A stretch of DNA of 64,000 bases from Anaerolineales bacterium (GTDB lineage: Bacteria > Chloroflexota > Anaerolineae > Anaerolineales > UBA4823). Positions 1 through 9,401 of the stretch are shown here, in pieces (position 1 is the first letter of the stretch; each line of letters begins with the position of its first letter). The DNA is taken from positions 6,980 to 70,979 of the forward strand of contig JBFFEL010000004.1 of assembly GCA_041558875.1 (NCBI GenBank). The letters are read 5' to 3'. Below the pieces are notes generated by a model. That model saw nothing but the letters and a program-made list of their open reading frames with translations. It did no database searches and had not been told where the DNA came from. A program made the translations under genes and the position numbers.

Positions 1-744
1 ATGGTGGACCTGGTGACCCAATTCATGTGCCAGGACGGTCTCGATCTCGTCATCGGTGAATTCATCGATCAGGGTATCACCAAGGATAATCCGCCGGGTA
101 TTGCCCAGCCCGGTGATGGCCGCATTGGCCGCCTTGGTCCGGCGGCTCATATCAAACTTGTACACGCCTCGCACCCTGGTACCTGCCTGCTCCGCAAGGT
201 TGATCAACCTGGCTACCAGGTCATCATGCTCCTCCTCCAAAGGCACAAATTTATAAAATATCGGCAGCAAGAGCACCGGTGCCAGGTTCGCCAGGATGAC
301 ATTGAAAAACAACAATATAATTCCCGCCCACAACCACCACAGGTCTGGTGAAATTCGGAGCACAAAATAGATGATCTCAACCACGATCAATCCCAGCACC
401 CCACCCAACAGCACACCCTTGAACATGTCGAAAATCCAATCTTTGAAAGATTGGGTGGAGAGATCATAACGGTGGGGGAGAACAAATCCAGAATAATAGC
501 TTAGCGGCAGGTCGATCACGAAGTAGATACCACCAAATACAACCAAAAATCCAGCCACGATGAGCCACTCATTGGTTGTCAAACTGAGCAAAAAATTTCT
601 TAGATCGACCGACCAGCCGGTCACCAACCAGAGGATGACATAAACACCAGCCAGGGCAAGGTCCACCAGGAACAACCTGCGGCGGATATGTGCATATTCC
701 TTGGCCTGCTCTTGTTTCCCTGGATCCAGAATCGCTTCAGTCAT
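1..744 (-). CDS. M48 family zinc metallopeptidase (Ste24/HtpX-like), C-terminal part cut by window edge
   Basis: Not in ORF track because it has no stop inside the window. Manual minus-strand translation from ATG at 744 (AAGGA upstream) gives MTEAILDPGKQEQAKEYAHIRRRLFLVD..., then hydrophobic helices. It reaches position 1 as ...FTDDEIETVLAHELGHQVHH, an HExxH zinc motif in M48 context. Confidence 0.75.
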   Translation of the reverse strand, partial: MTEAILDPGKQEQAKEYAHIRRRLFLVDLALAGVYVILWLVTGWSVDLRNFLLSLTTNEWLIVAGFLVVFGGIYFVIDLPLSYYSGFVLPHRYDLSTQSFKDWIFDMFKGVLLGGVLGLIVVEIIYFVLRISPDLWWLWAGIILLFFNVILANLAPVLLLPIFYKFVPLEEEHDDLVARLINLAEQAGTRVRGVYKFDMSRRTKAANAAITGLGNTRRIILGDTLIDEFTDDEIETVLAHELGHQVHH

Positions 745-827
745 TATGGTCCTTTTTTCTGATTAGTTCGCAATTATACCCTTTCGAATTATTGGCAGGT
801 GAGCATTCACGAATTGCGGAAGGGTAT

Positions 828-1637
828 TCACATGGCATTAATTGACCTGCCTAACAGCACCACCACTTCTGCGGCTGCCTCTTCAATTGACTTAGTTGTT
901 ACGTCCACCAGCGGCCAGTCGCGCCGTCTTTCGAACAGTCGGAAGGCATAATCCATTTCCTGGTGGATATGATCCAAATCCGCATAATCTTGGCTGAAGG
1001 TACCCATCCGTTGAGCCCGCACCTTCCGCAGCTCGGATAACCGCTCTGGATTGATGATCAATCCGACGACACGACCTTTTGGCAGCTCAAATAGCTCTTT
1101 CGGCGGTTCAATATCCAGCACAATGGGCACATTGGCCACCTTCCAACCGCGATAGCCCAGATAGAAGCTCAATGGTGTTTTCGAAGTGCGGGAGACACCC
1201 ACCAGGACAATTTCGGACTGATCAAGATCTAGATAATTTTGCCCGTCATCATGCCTGACGGTGAAATCGATCGCATCAATGCGCTGCAGGTAGCTGGGAT
1301 CGAAAGGATCAAACAAACCCGGCTCGGAGCGTGGGGCAGTTGCCAGCAGCTCAGCCAACCGAGCCAGGAGCGGTCCCATTAAATCGATCGTCGTAACATT
1401 ATGTTCACGGCCTTCTTTTAGTATCTCCCGGCGCATCTCTTTACTGACGATCGTATGAACGATAAAACTTTCTTTTTTCGCAGCTTCGGCCACTACATGA
1501 GATACCTCTTCCAAAGTCCTCACCCCGCCGAAACGCGTCACGGTAATCTGTGACGCGTCGAATTGGGAAAGTGCAGCTCTTAAGACTCTCTCTGCGGTAG
1601 TGCCAGTTGCATCAGAGACCGCAAATATATGGTACAT
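828..1637 (-). CDS. Pyruvate,phosphate dikinase / PEP synthase regulatory protein (PpsR-like kinase/pyrophosphorylase, DUF299)
   Basis: 269 aa. N-terminus is MYHIFAVSDATGTTAE. P-loop-like VGVSRTSKTPLSFYL and overall length are typical of the PpsR/YdiA family. Confidence 0.85.
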   Translation of the reverse strand: MYHIFAVSDATGTTAERVLRAALSQFDASQITVTRFGGVRTLEEVSHVVAEAAKKESFIVHTIVSKEMRREILKEGREHNVTTIDLMGPLLARLAELLATAPRSEPGLFDPFDPSYLQRIDAIDFTVRHDDGQNYLDLDQSEIVLVGVSRTSKTPLSFYLGYRGWKVANVPIVLDIEPPKELFELPKGRVVGLIINPERLSELRKVRAQRMGTFSQDYADLDHIHQEMDYAFRLFERRRDWPLVDVTTKSIEEAAAEVVVLLGRSINAM

Positions 1638-1656
1638 AAACTTCTCCTCTCACCTG

Positions 1657-2610
1657 TCAGCCCATGCTTGTCTCAGCCTCAGCAACCTGTTTAGTTTCCC
1701 TTCGCCACACGAACACGATCAGGTACATCAGCGTACACATAATCAACAAAGCAATCAATGAAAAAACCGGTTCAAAGTGAGTTGTGGTCAGGATGGCTGG
1801 GGTTGGCAAGACCGATTCAGGAAATGTGACCAGCAGACCAGCTAACAAATTGTTTGCGGCATGAACGCCAATCGCCAGTTCGATCGTGCCATCTTTAAGC
1901 GAAATCCAGGCTAAAAATGCTCCTAACACGAAGAAGGACAGCATGACAACGACCACGTTTTCAGCTACTTCCGGATTGGTGAAATGAGGCAGGGCAAAAA
2001 GAATTCCCGACCAGATCGACAGAAATATCCAATTCCGGCTGATCAGACTGCCACCCTGCACCAGGTAGCCGCGAAAAAATAACTCTTCAGCTGTTGTCTG
2101 GATGGGAGTTAGCAGCAGGGCCAGGATGGCGAAAGGGAAGAATACGCTTGCATCGAAGGTGACAGTAAATGTCTCCGGCCAGAAGAGGTATTCGATAACA
2201 GTGCCCACCAGGATTAAACCAGCCCAAATGGCGAAACCCAAACCAATCCGGGGCCAGCTGATCGATTTCTTCCAAGTAATCAAGCTGCGGAACGTCCTAC
2301 CGTGGATCAACCTGACAGTGAGCCAGATACCAAAGAAAAAGAAGAGAAAACCGACATTGAGCACTAAAAAGTACGGAATGTATCCCAACTGGCTGGGATC
2401 AAAAATTAATTGGGTGATATCCGTCAGATTTAGACCCTGGAGAACGGCAAGTATGATCAACAAGAAGGCCGTAGCAAAGCCGCCAATGATCAACCAGATA
2501 AATAATATTGAAAAAGTACCAGCTATATAACGCCAAACGCTTGCCTTTCCTTCAATAGCGTAATCCAGATACGAGGTTTTTTCTTGAATGAAAATTTCTT
2601 GGTTTTCCAA
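1657..2610 (-). CDS. CPBP family intramembrane glutamic endopeptidase (CAAX protease/Abi family)
   Basis: 317 aa polytopic membrane protein with the family motifs EELFFRG, ...HFTNP... and HAANN. Confidence 0.8.
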   Translation of the reverse strand: MENQEIFIQEKTSYLDYAIEGKASVWRYIAGTFSILFIWLIIGGFATAFLLIILAVLQGLNLTDITQLIFDPSQLGYIPYFLVLNVGFLFFFFGIWLTVRLIHGRTFRSLITWKKSISWPRIGLGFAIWAGLILVGTVIEYLFWPETFTVTFDASVFFPFAILALLLTPIQTTAEELFFRGYLVQGGSLISRNWIFLSIWSGILFALPHFTNPEVAENVVVVMLSFFVLGAFLAWISLKDGTIELAIGVHAANNLLAGLLVTFPESVLPTPAILTTTHFEPVFSLIALLIMCTLMYLIVFVWRRETKQVAEAETSMG

Positions 2611-2723
2611 AATTCAACTCCTAATATTATAGCTATGATTATTCCCAGACCGTCAAAAATACAAGGATAACACCCTTTTAAGCGATCCCTAGAAAGAGTT
2701 GGTGATCCTAATCTTTTTGTCAG

Positions 2724-4184
2724 ATGTGGTTTCGCCAATCAAAAAGGATGCCCAATTTCTATCCCCAAATATATCAAACGCAAATGGTTTTTGAATTGAC
2801 GTATAATTTGGTGGTGATTTCAACTGCCCCCTCCCCTCGACTCTCATATCGGCGAATATTCACAACCTGGTGGCCATTGGCGGCAAGCTGGCTGTTGATG
2901 GGTGTCGAATTACCGGCGGTGAGCGCCTTCGTTGCTCGCATGCCCAACCCAGCCATCAACCTGGCTGCTTATGGGGGCATCGTTTTTCCCCTGGCGCTGA
3001 TCATCGAATCGCCGGTCATCATGTTGCTGGCAGCTTCGACCGCGCTCTCCAAAGACGAACCCTCTTACCAATTAATCCGACGCTTCATGCTCGTCACGGC
3101 CTCCGCCCTGACTGGCTTGCACATCTTGATCGCCTTTACCCCACTGTACTACTTCGTCGCTGAAGGCTTGCTAGGCGCTCCGGAGGTGATCGTTGAGCCA
3201 GGACGGATCGGCTTAATGATCATGACACCGTGGACATTCTCGATCGCCTATCGAAGGTTCAACCAGGGGGTCCTGATCCGCTTCAACCATTCCAAGAAAG
3301 TTGGCATCGGTACGATTGTACGATTGACCGCCGATCTGATTGTACTGGTCATAGGTTACTCAATCGGCTCGATTCAGGGCATTGTCGTTGCCACAGCTGC
3401 GGTATCCGCTGGGGTCATATCCGAAGCTGTATATTCTGGAATCGTAGTCCGCCCAGTGGTCAAAAATCAATTAATCCCCAGGCCACACGTGGACCCCCCA
3501 CTGACCCTGAGAAACTTTCTCCGTTTCTATATACCCCTGGTTTTGACGTCACTCTTAAATCTGATGGTGCTACCCCTGGGCAGCGCAGCTTTGAGCCGCA
3601 TGCCAAGCGCTCTTTCTTCCCTGGCCGTGTGGCCGGTAATTTCCGGATTGACCTTCATGTTCCGCAGCGTAGGTGTCGCTTACAACGAGGTGGTAGTCGC
3701 CCTCCTCGAGGAGCCACGGTCGACGCGCAACCTGCGCCAGTTTTCGGTCATCTTGACCGCTGCAACCACTTCCCTGATCCTCATCATGGCGCTGACCCCA
3801 CTATCAATGTTGTGGTTCAATGTCATCTCTGGGCTTGAGCCGCAACTGGCAGATATGGCATCCATCGGGTTAATGTTGGCCATCCCGACAGCCGGATTTG
3901 CAGTCCTGCAAAGCTGGTTTCAAGGGCTCATCCTCCATGGAGGCCACACGCGCAGCATCACAGAAGCAGTTGTGGTTTTTCTGGGCAGCATCGTGATTTT
4001 GCTTTGGATTGGAGTCACCTTGGGAGAAGTGACCGGCCTCTATTGGGGCCTGGGGTCGTTTACTATCGCGATGCTCTTGCAGACTGTGTGGCTCTGGTTC
4101 CGCAGCCGGAATGATGAACGCCAAGCCCAAGCGAGAGACGATCTGCTCGCAGTTCCCACTCCCTTCCCCAGCTCCACAGACTGA
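2724..4184 (+). CDS. Polytopic membrane protein, MATE/MOP-like transporter candidate
   Basis: 486 aa, about 12 hydrophobic segments, loose resemblance to MATE-like efflux proteins. Family and true start are uncertain. Confidence 0.45.
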   Translation: MWFRQSKRMPNFYPQIYQTQMVFELTYNLVVISTAPSPRLSYRRIFTTWWPLAASWLLMGVELPAVSAFVARMPNPAINLAAYGGIVFPLALIIESPVIMLLAASTALSKDEPSYQLIRRFMLVTASALTGLHILIAFTPLYYFVAEGLLGAPEVIVEPGRIGLMIMTPWTFSIAYRRFNQGVLIRFNHSKKVGIGTIVRLTADLIVLVIGYSIGSIQGIVVATAAVSAGVISEAVYSGIVVRPVVKNQLIPRPHVDPPLTLRNFLRFYIPLVLTSLLNLMVLPLGSAALSRMPSALSSLAVWPVISGLTFMFRSVGVAYNEVVVALLEEPRSTRNLRQFSVILTAATTSLILIMALTPLSMLWFNVISGLEPQLADMASIGLMLAIPTAGFAVLQSWFQGLILHGGHTRSITEAVVVFLGSIVILLWIGVTLGEVTGLYWGLGSFTIAMLLQTVWLWFRSRNDERQAQARDDLLAVPTPFPSSTD

Positions 4185-4219
4185 TCCATAAATCTCCATT
4201 ATTTCCACTGCAGACTACT

Positions 4220-4843
4220 ATGACCAATCCCTCATTCCTGACTTACCTGCTCCAGGGAGCTGCTCTGGGATTTGCTGCTGCGCTCACACCTGGCTCTTTT
4301 CAAACATACCTGATCTCAGAATCTTTGGCAGGTGGTTGGCGGCGAGGGGCACCAGTCGCTTTTGCTCCATTGATCAGTGATCTGCCGATCATCTTGCTCA
4401 GCTTGTTCGTGCTGAACCAGCTGCCGGAAAACTTCCTTAACGTGATCAGCCTGGCGGGGGGAGTATTCGCATTGTATTTGGCCTGGAGGCTTTGGGGAAA
4501 CTGGCGTAAAGGTGATGAGCTTGAGGATACTAGATCAGAAATTTCAAGAGGGAGTCTGCGACGAGGTGTGATCGCCAATTTCCTCACACCGGGACCGTAT
4601 CTATTCTGGGCTTTAGTATCCGGTCCAATTTTACTGACCGCGCTGCGCCAATCCATAGCCTTTGGAGCGGCATTCATCCTGGGCTTTTACGGCGTATTTA
4701 TTCTCAGTCTGCTCGGGATCGCCTTGATCTTCTCTCAGGCCCGCCGGTTAGGACCCAGGGTGGTCCACATCCTGCTCCTGGTCAGCATCATCATTCTGGT
4801 TATCTTTGCCGGGCTGCTCATCAGGCAGGGCATATTCGGGTAA
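4220..4843 (+). CDS. LysE/RhtB family amino-acid exporter
   Basis: 207 aa, 5-6 TM segments. The N-terminus LLQGAALGFAAALTPG is typical of LysE-type translocators. Confidence 0.8.
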   Translation: MTNPSFLTYLLQGAALGFAAALTPGSFQTYLISESLAGGWRRGAPVAFAPLISDLPIILLSLFVLNQLPENFLNVISLAGGVFALYLAWRLWGNWRKGDELEDTRSEISRGSLRRGVIANFLTPGPYLFWALVSGPILLTALRQSIAFGAAFILGFYGVFILSLLGIALIFSQARRLGPRVVHILLLVSIIILVIFAGLLIRQGIFG

Positions 4844-4909
4844 CAATTTCACATTGCGCCATCTTGTTAGACATCTCCTAGCACTTGTTAACGGCAAAGG
4901 GAGGCTTGA

Positions 4910-5207
4910 GCCCAGCCCACAGCTGAGGTGAGCTGCGCGCCATCATCCCCTGGACAGGGAACAAGTCCTGGATGATGTTCAAAAAGCTGGGAAAGTACTG
5001 ATCGTGCACGAAAATACGCTAACGGGTGGCTTCGGGGCTGAGATCAGTGCGGTGATCGCGGCCGAAGCTTTCACCGATCTAGATGCCCCAATTCAACTGC
5101 TGGCGACTTCGGATATCCCCATTCCCTATAATGTAGCTTTGATGGATTCAGTTATCCTCAGTACTGAGAAAATAAAATCAGCCATCAATGATTTGTTAAA
5201 CTTCTGA
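4910..5207 (+). pseudogene. 3' relic of a 2-oxoacid dehydrogenase E1 beta subunit (transketolase C-terminal domain only)
   Basis: The frame of ORF 5004..5207 extended upstream to the stop at 4907-4909 reads AEVSCARHHPLDREQVLDDVQKAGKVLIVHENTLTGGFGAEISAVI...PIPYNVALMDSVILSTEKIKSAINDLLNF. This matches only the last ~95 residues of PdhB/BkdB-type proteins. The N-terminal two thirds and the E1 alpha and E2 genes are absent. Confidence 0.7.
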
Positions 5208-5413
5208 CAACATCTCACAGTAAATATTGGCGAGATCAAGAATAAACGGCCCGACTAATGATTTCAAACCCACCAAAGTATAATCTTCCCTATACCACAA
5301 GAACGTTTGTGCTATAATTGAGGTGTTAAATTTTTTCTAGCAGTTAGGTGAACCATTTTCCCGTTTAAATAGTTGATTCAATATAGATCAAATAATTCAT
5401 AAGGAGAGATAAA

Positions 5414-6622
5414 ATGAGCTCAGACACCTTATCCTTCAGCCAGCTGATCAAGACGACACCAGAAAATGCATATCGCGCTTTCACGAATGCAACTGATCTG
5501 CGAGATTGGCTGTGTAATGTGGCGACTGTAGTCCCCCGGCCTGGGGGGCGATTCTACCTGTGGTGGGAATCCGGGTATTACACAGTCGGCGAGTTCACAA
5601 CCGCTGTTCCGGGGGAGAAAGTATCCTTTACCTGGTTCGGCCGCGGAGAACCCGCCCCCACCCAGGTCGAGGTGACTTTTACCTCTCAAGATGGAGGCAC
5701 ACTCGTTTCCCTCGATCACACGGGCGTCGGCAGCGGAGATCTTTGGTCACCCGTAATTGAAGAGATGGAGAGGGGCTGGAAGAACGCCTTTGAAAACCTG
5801 GCTTCAGTATGTGAGACCGGGGAAGATATTCGCTTTGTCTCCCGTCCCATGCTGGGCATTATGGTCGACGCATTCAATGAAGAGGTCGCAAAAAGACTTG
5901 GCGTCCCCGAAACACAAGGCATCCTGATCAGTGACACTATAGAAGGGATGGGAGCGGAGGCAGCAGGGCTGAGCAGCGACGATGTCCTGATCAGCATGGG
6001 TGGGATGCCAACCAACGATTCGGTCTCATTGAACAGCGCGCTCAATGTGAACAAGGCGGGGGATACCGTTGAAGTCGTTTACTACCGGGGGGCAGAAAAA
6101 CAAAGTGTGATGATGACCTTATCAGGTCGTCCAATTCCGGAAATACCCCCAACTGCACAAGAACTGGCAGATGCGATGGGACGAATATACAAACAGATTG
6201 AATCTAAGCTGGATGATTTCCTCCTCGGAGTCAACGAAGAAGAGGCTTCCTTCAATCCAGGTGATTCTGGCTGGGGTGTGAATAGAAACCTGGCTCACTT
6301 CGTTCAAAGTGAACGCTTCTACCAACAATATATTGGGGAATTGATCGGCGGATACGAGCGCTATGCGGATGATTGGGGGGGCAATATCACCGAGCTGATC
6401 GATGCCACGATTTCCGTATTCCCAACCGTACCAGAATTATTTGACGAATACAAACGTCACATGGCTGAAACGCTCCACATACTGGCCAATCTTCCGGATG
6501 AATTCGTCGCCCGCAAAGGCAGTTATTGGGGTCTGGCATACAATAGGCTCCAAGAATCCTTCCATTTTGACGGTCACCTGGAGATGATGCAGGCCGCCCT
6601 GGATGAAGTTCGTCAAAAATAA
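5414..6622 (+). CDS. Three-domain protein: SRPBCC (AHSA1-like) + PDZ + DinB-like
   Basis: 402 aa. The N-terminus FSQLIKTTPENAYRAFTNATDLRDWL...FTWFG is SRPBCC-like. The middle GILISDTIEGMGAEAAGLSSDDVLISMGG...VEVVYYRG is PDZ-like. The C-terminal helical part is DinB-like. GGAGAG SD lies before the ATG. Confidence 0.6.
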   Translation: MSSDTLSFSQLIKTTPENAYRAFTNATDLRDWLCNVATVVPRPGGRFYLWWESGYYTVGEFTTAVPGEKVSFTWFGRGEPAPTQVEVTFTSQDGGTLVSLDHTGVGSGDLWSPVIEEMERGWKNAFENLASVCETGEDIRFVSRPMLGIMVDAFNEEVAKRLGVPETQGILISDTIEGMGAEAAGLSSDDVLISMGGMPTNDSVSLNSALNVNKAGDTVEVVYYRGAEKQSVMMTLSGRPIPEIPPTAQELADAMGRIYKQIESKLDDFLLGVNEEEASFNPGDSGWGVNRNLAHFVQSERFYQQYIGELIGGYERYADDWGGNITELIDATISVFPTVPELFDEYKRHMAETLHILANLPDEFVARKGSYWGLAYNRLQESFHFDGHLEMMQAALDEVRQK

Positions 6623-6644
6623 TAAAAATTCTTCTGAATGTACA

Positions 6645-6680
6645 AAACGAGCGATGATCTGCGATCGTCGCTCGTTTCTG
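6645..6680 (+). terminator. Rho-independent terminator candidate after 5414..6622
   Basis: Perfect 10-bp stem AAACGAGCGA (6645-6654) / TCGCTCGTTT (6668-6677) with a 13-nt loop, followed by a T-containing tail, 23 nt after the stop. Confidence 0.55.
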
Positions 6681-6783
6681 CTCTCGGTGAATAGAGAAGA
6701 TTCAAGAGTATAATGGGACAAATCTCGTCCTAGATATTGGCATACCAAGCAAGGCAGAAACTTTACAATCTCCGGAGGCATGA

Positions 6784-7164
6784 TTGGCTGAAAAGCGCAT
6801 AATCGGTGAAATCATGGAAGTTATCCTCTATGTTGAGGATATGAACAGACAGGTTTCATTCTATAGGGACAAATTCGGCTTTGAGATTAGGAATCCGGCG
6901 GGATTGGACGATTACAGCAACGAATTTTGGGTTGAACTGGACACCGGTGGTTGTTCGCTGGCACTTCACGCCGGTGGTAAACGCCGTTTTGGAGTAGATG
7001 CGCCAAAATTTGTCTTTCGAGTTGACGACATTCTTGCCGCCAGGCAGCTGTTACTCGATCAAGAAGTCGAGATGGGTGAAATTCGCTCCGCGGCGCCCGG
7101 GATCTGGGTATGTGATGGCGTCGATCCTGAAGGGAATAAGTTTTCGATCGAGTCTCACGATTAA
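6784..7164 (+). CDS. VOC family protein (glyoxalase/bleomycin-resistance fold)
   Basis: 126 aa with the VOC-like pattern LYVEDMNRQVSFYRDKFGFE. TTG start at 6784 with GGAGG 5 nt upstream. An alternative ATG lies at 6814. Confidence 0.75.
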   Translation: MAEKRIIGEIMEVILYVEDMNRQVSFYRDKFGFEIRNPAGLDDYSNEFWVELDTGGCSLALHAGGKRRFGVDAPKFVFRVDDILAARQLLLDQEVEMGEIRSAAPGIWVCDGVDPEGNKFSIESHD

Positions 7165-7325
7165 GGCAGACCTGATTCTTGCTGCTTCAAACCAATCTAC
7201 CCGACAAAGGTTGAATTGAATCTATCTAATTTTCCATCGGAGGCAGATGAGGATCGAGTGGAAAATCATTTTAGGTTCATCTGCAGGTCAATCAACAAAT
7301 TCATTTAAGAACAGGAAATTACAAC

Positions 7326-8303
7326 ATGGAATATCGAAATCTTGGCCGCACTGGACTTAAAGTTTCCGAGCTATGCCTGGGGACGATGCAGTTTGGCTGG
7401 ACCGCGAACGAGGCAACATCATATAAAATTCTCTCAGCTGCAATTGATGGCGGCATAAACTTCATCGACACCGCTGACATATATTCTCGCTGGGCATCAG
7501 GGAATCCTGGCGGCGTCTCAGAGAAGATTATTGGCGATTGGATGAAAAAGAAGGAGATTCCTCGCCATCAGATCATTATTGCTACTAAGGTGCGGGGGAA
7601 AATGGGCGATGGCCCTAATGATGAAGGGCTTTCCCGGGGTCATATCATGTCTGCGGTCGAAGGATCACTCAAACGCCTGGGAACAGACTATATCGATCTT
7701 TACCAGACCCATTGGTTTGACGAGAACACCCCCATTGATGAAACATTATCCGCTTTAGATGATCTGGTTCGCCAGGGAAAAGTCCGTTATATTGGCTGTT
7801 CGAACTATCCGGCCTGGCGATTAATGGAGGCTTTATGGGTTTCAGACCGGGACAGTCTGGCTCGATTTGACTCGCTACAACCGCACTATAGCCTGGTTCA
7901 TAGGGAGGAGTTTGAAGGCCAGCTAGCTGCGGTGTGCCGGACATATGGTCTGGGCGTTATTCCATACAGTCCCCTGGCTGGTGGATTTCTAACCGGCAAA
8001 TACCGACCTGATTCTGACCAAGTTGACAGCCAGCGAGCGAAAGGCGCCCGGCGTCACTTCTCAGAACGAAATTGGGATCTTTTAGCTAAGATGGAAGAGA
8101 TGGGCGGCGATAAAGGAGACAAATCCATCTCCCAAATCGCCCTGGCCTGGATGCTTTCTGACCCTGTAATCACAAGTCCGATTATTGGCCCACGCACGAT
8201 GGACCAGCTGGCGGACAACCTTGGTTCCGCTGGCCTGAGACTCACCAAAAAAGAACTGCAAATCCTGGACGAGGCCACCAAGGCAAAAAGTGAATCTACC
8301 TAA
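7326..8303 (+). CDS. Aldo/keto reductase
   Basis: 325 aa. [24 protein letters not shown]..., IDTADIYS and LYQTHW are classic AKR motifs. Confidence 0.9.
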   Translation: MEYRNLGRTGLKVSELCLGTMQFGWTANEATSYKILSAAIDGGINFIDTADIYSRWASGNPGGVSEKIIGDWMKKKEIPRHQIIIATKVRGKMGDGPNDEGLSRGHIMSAVEGSLKRLGTDYIDLYQTHWFDENTPIDETLSALDDLVRQGKVRYIGCSNYPAWRLMEALWVSDRDSLARFDSLQPHYSLVHREEFEGQLAAVCRTYGLGVIPYSPLAGGFLTGKYRPDSDQVDSQRAKGARRHFSERNWDLLAKMEEMGGDKGDKSISQIALAWMLSDPVITSPIIGPRTMDQLADNLGSAGLRLTKKELQILDEATKAKSEST

Positions 8304-8345
8304 TCTCTTTGGATCACCGTCTGATTTTTCCGTGGAGATCTTACG

Positions 8346-9365
8346 ATGAAATATCTGACCTTTGCCTCCAAGCAGGAAATGCGGGACCCTTGCCTCGGAG
8401 TGCTAATAAACGAAATAATAGTAGACCTGGCTGAACTGCGCACCTGGGCTCAAGGGGCACGTTTCATCCCCAGTGAAGATTTACCCGAATCGATGATCGG
8501 CTTGATCTTCGCCGGATCGGAGGCATGGGATTATGTTAGTAAGCTCGTCAGAGCCCTGGAAGGTGAAGACCCACTGTCCTTAAAAGGCGCCCACCGCAAA
8601 CCGGTCGGATACCCAATGGAAGAGGTGATCCTTTACCCACCACTGCCGAACCCGGAAAGTTTGCGTGATTTCTTCGCCTTTGAAGGGCATGTTCGAAACG
8701 TTTATGCCATCCGGGGGAAAGAAATTCCAGCGGAGTGGTATGAGTTCCCCACATTTTATTATTCCAACCCACACGCGATGTATGGTTCCGGGTCTATCAT
8801 CCCTTATCCACAGAATTCCCAGGCAATGGATTTCGAACTCGAGGTGGCATGCGTGATTGGAAAAGCGGGTAGGGACATTTCCCCAGAACAGGCACTGGAA
8901 CACATTTTTGGCTTCACGATATTCAACGACTGGTCCGCCCGCGATCTCCAACGCAAGGAGATGCGCGTCGGTCTCGGACCCGCCAAGAGCAAAGATTTTG
9001 CTTCTTCGATCGGCCCATGGATTGCCACGCCTGATGAGCTGGAACAGAATTCCACCGATCGACCAGGAGTTTATGACCTGGAGATGCGCGCCCGGCTCAA
9101 CGGCGAGGAAAAAACGCGCGGCAACTGGCAAGAAATCCATTATTCGTTCGGCGATATAATCGCTCATGCCTCGCGAGATGTATTCCTGGTACCCGGCGAC
9201 ATAATTGGTTCCGGGACAGTCGGCAACGGGAGTTTGCTTGAGATAACCAACGGAGAGGGTCCCTGGTTGAAACCAGGAGATCGGGTTGAATTAGAAATCG
9301 ACGGTTTAGGAGTTTTATCGAACCAGGTCGGTGCTGGAACTGGTCACTTCAGGGATGATACCTGA
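8346..9365 (+). CDS. Fumarylacetoacetate hydrolase (FAH) family protein
   Basis: 339 aa. The C-terminal FAH-domain pattern is present (DFELEVACVIGK, FNDWSARDLQ, GDIIGSGT). Confidence 0.85.
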   Translation: MKYLTFASKQEMRDPCLGVLINEIIVDLAELRTWAQGARFIPSEDLPESMIGLIFAGSEAWDYVSKLVRALEGEDPLSLKGAHRKPVGYPMEEVILYPPLPNPESLRDFFAFEGHVRNVYAIRGKEIPAEWYEFPTFYYSNPHAMYGSGSIIPYPQNSQAMDFELEVACVIGKAGRDISPEQALEHIFGFTIFNDWSARDLQRKEMRVGLGPAKSKDFASSIGPWIATPDELEQNSTDRPGVYDLEMRARLNGEEKTRGNWQEIHYSFGDIIAHASRDVFLVPGDIIGSGTVGNGSLLEITNGEGPWLKPGDRVELEIDGLGVLSNQVGAGTGHFRDDT

Positions 9366-9401
9366 GCGTAATTTCTAAACTTCTAAACCACCCAAAAACA
9401 G

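Noticed and set aside
1-351. Plus-strand ORF of 116 aa starting at position 1
   Set aside because: It lies antisense to a well-supported M48 peptidase frame (HELGH motif, TM helices, SD plus ATG at 744). Its Gln/Pro/Arg-rich composition is typical of a shadow ORF.
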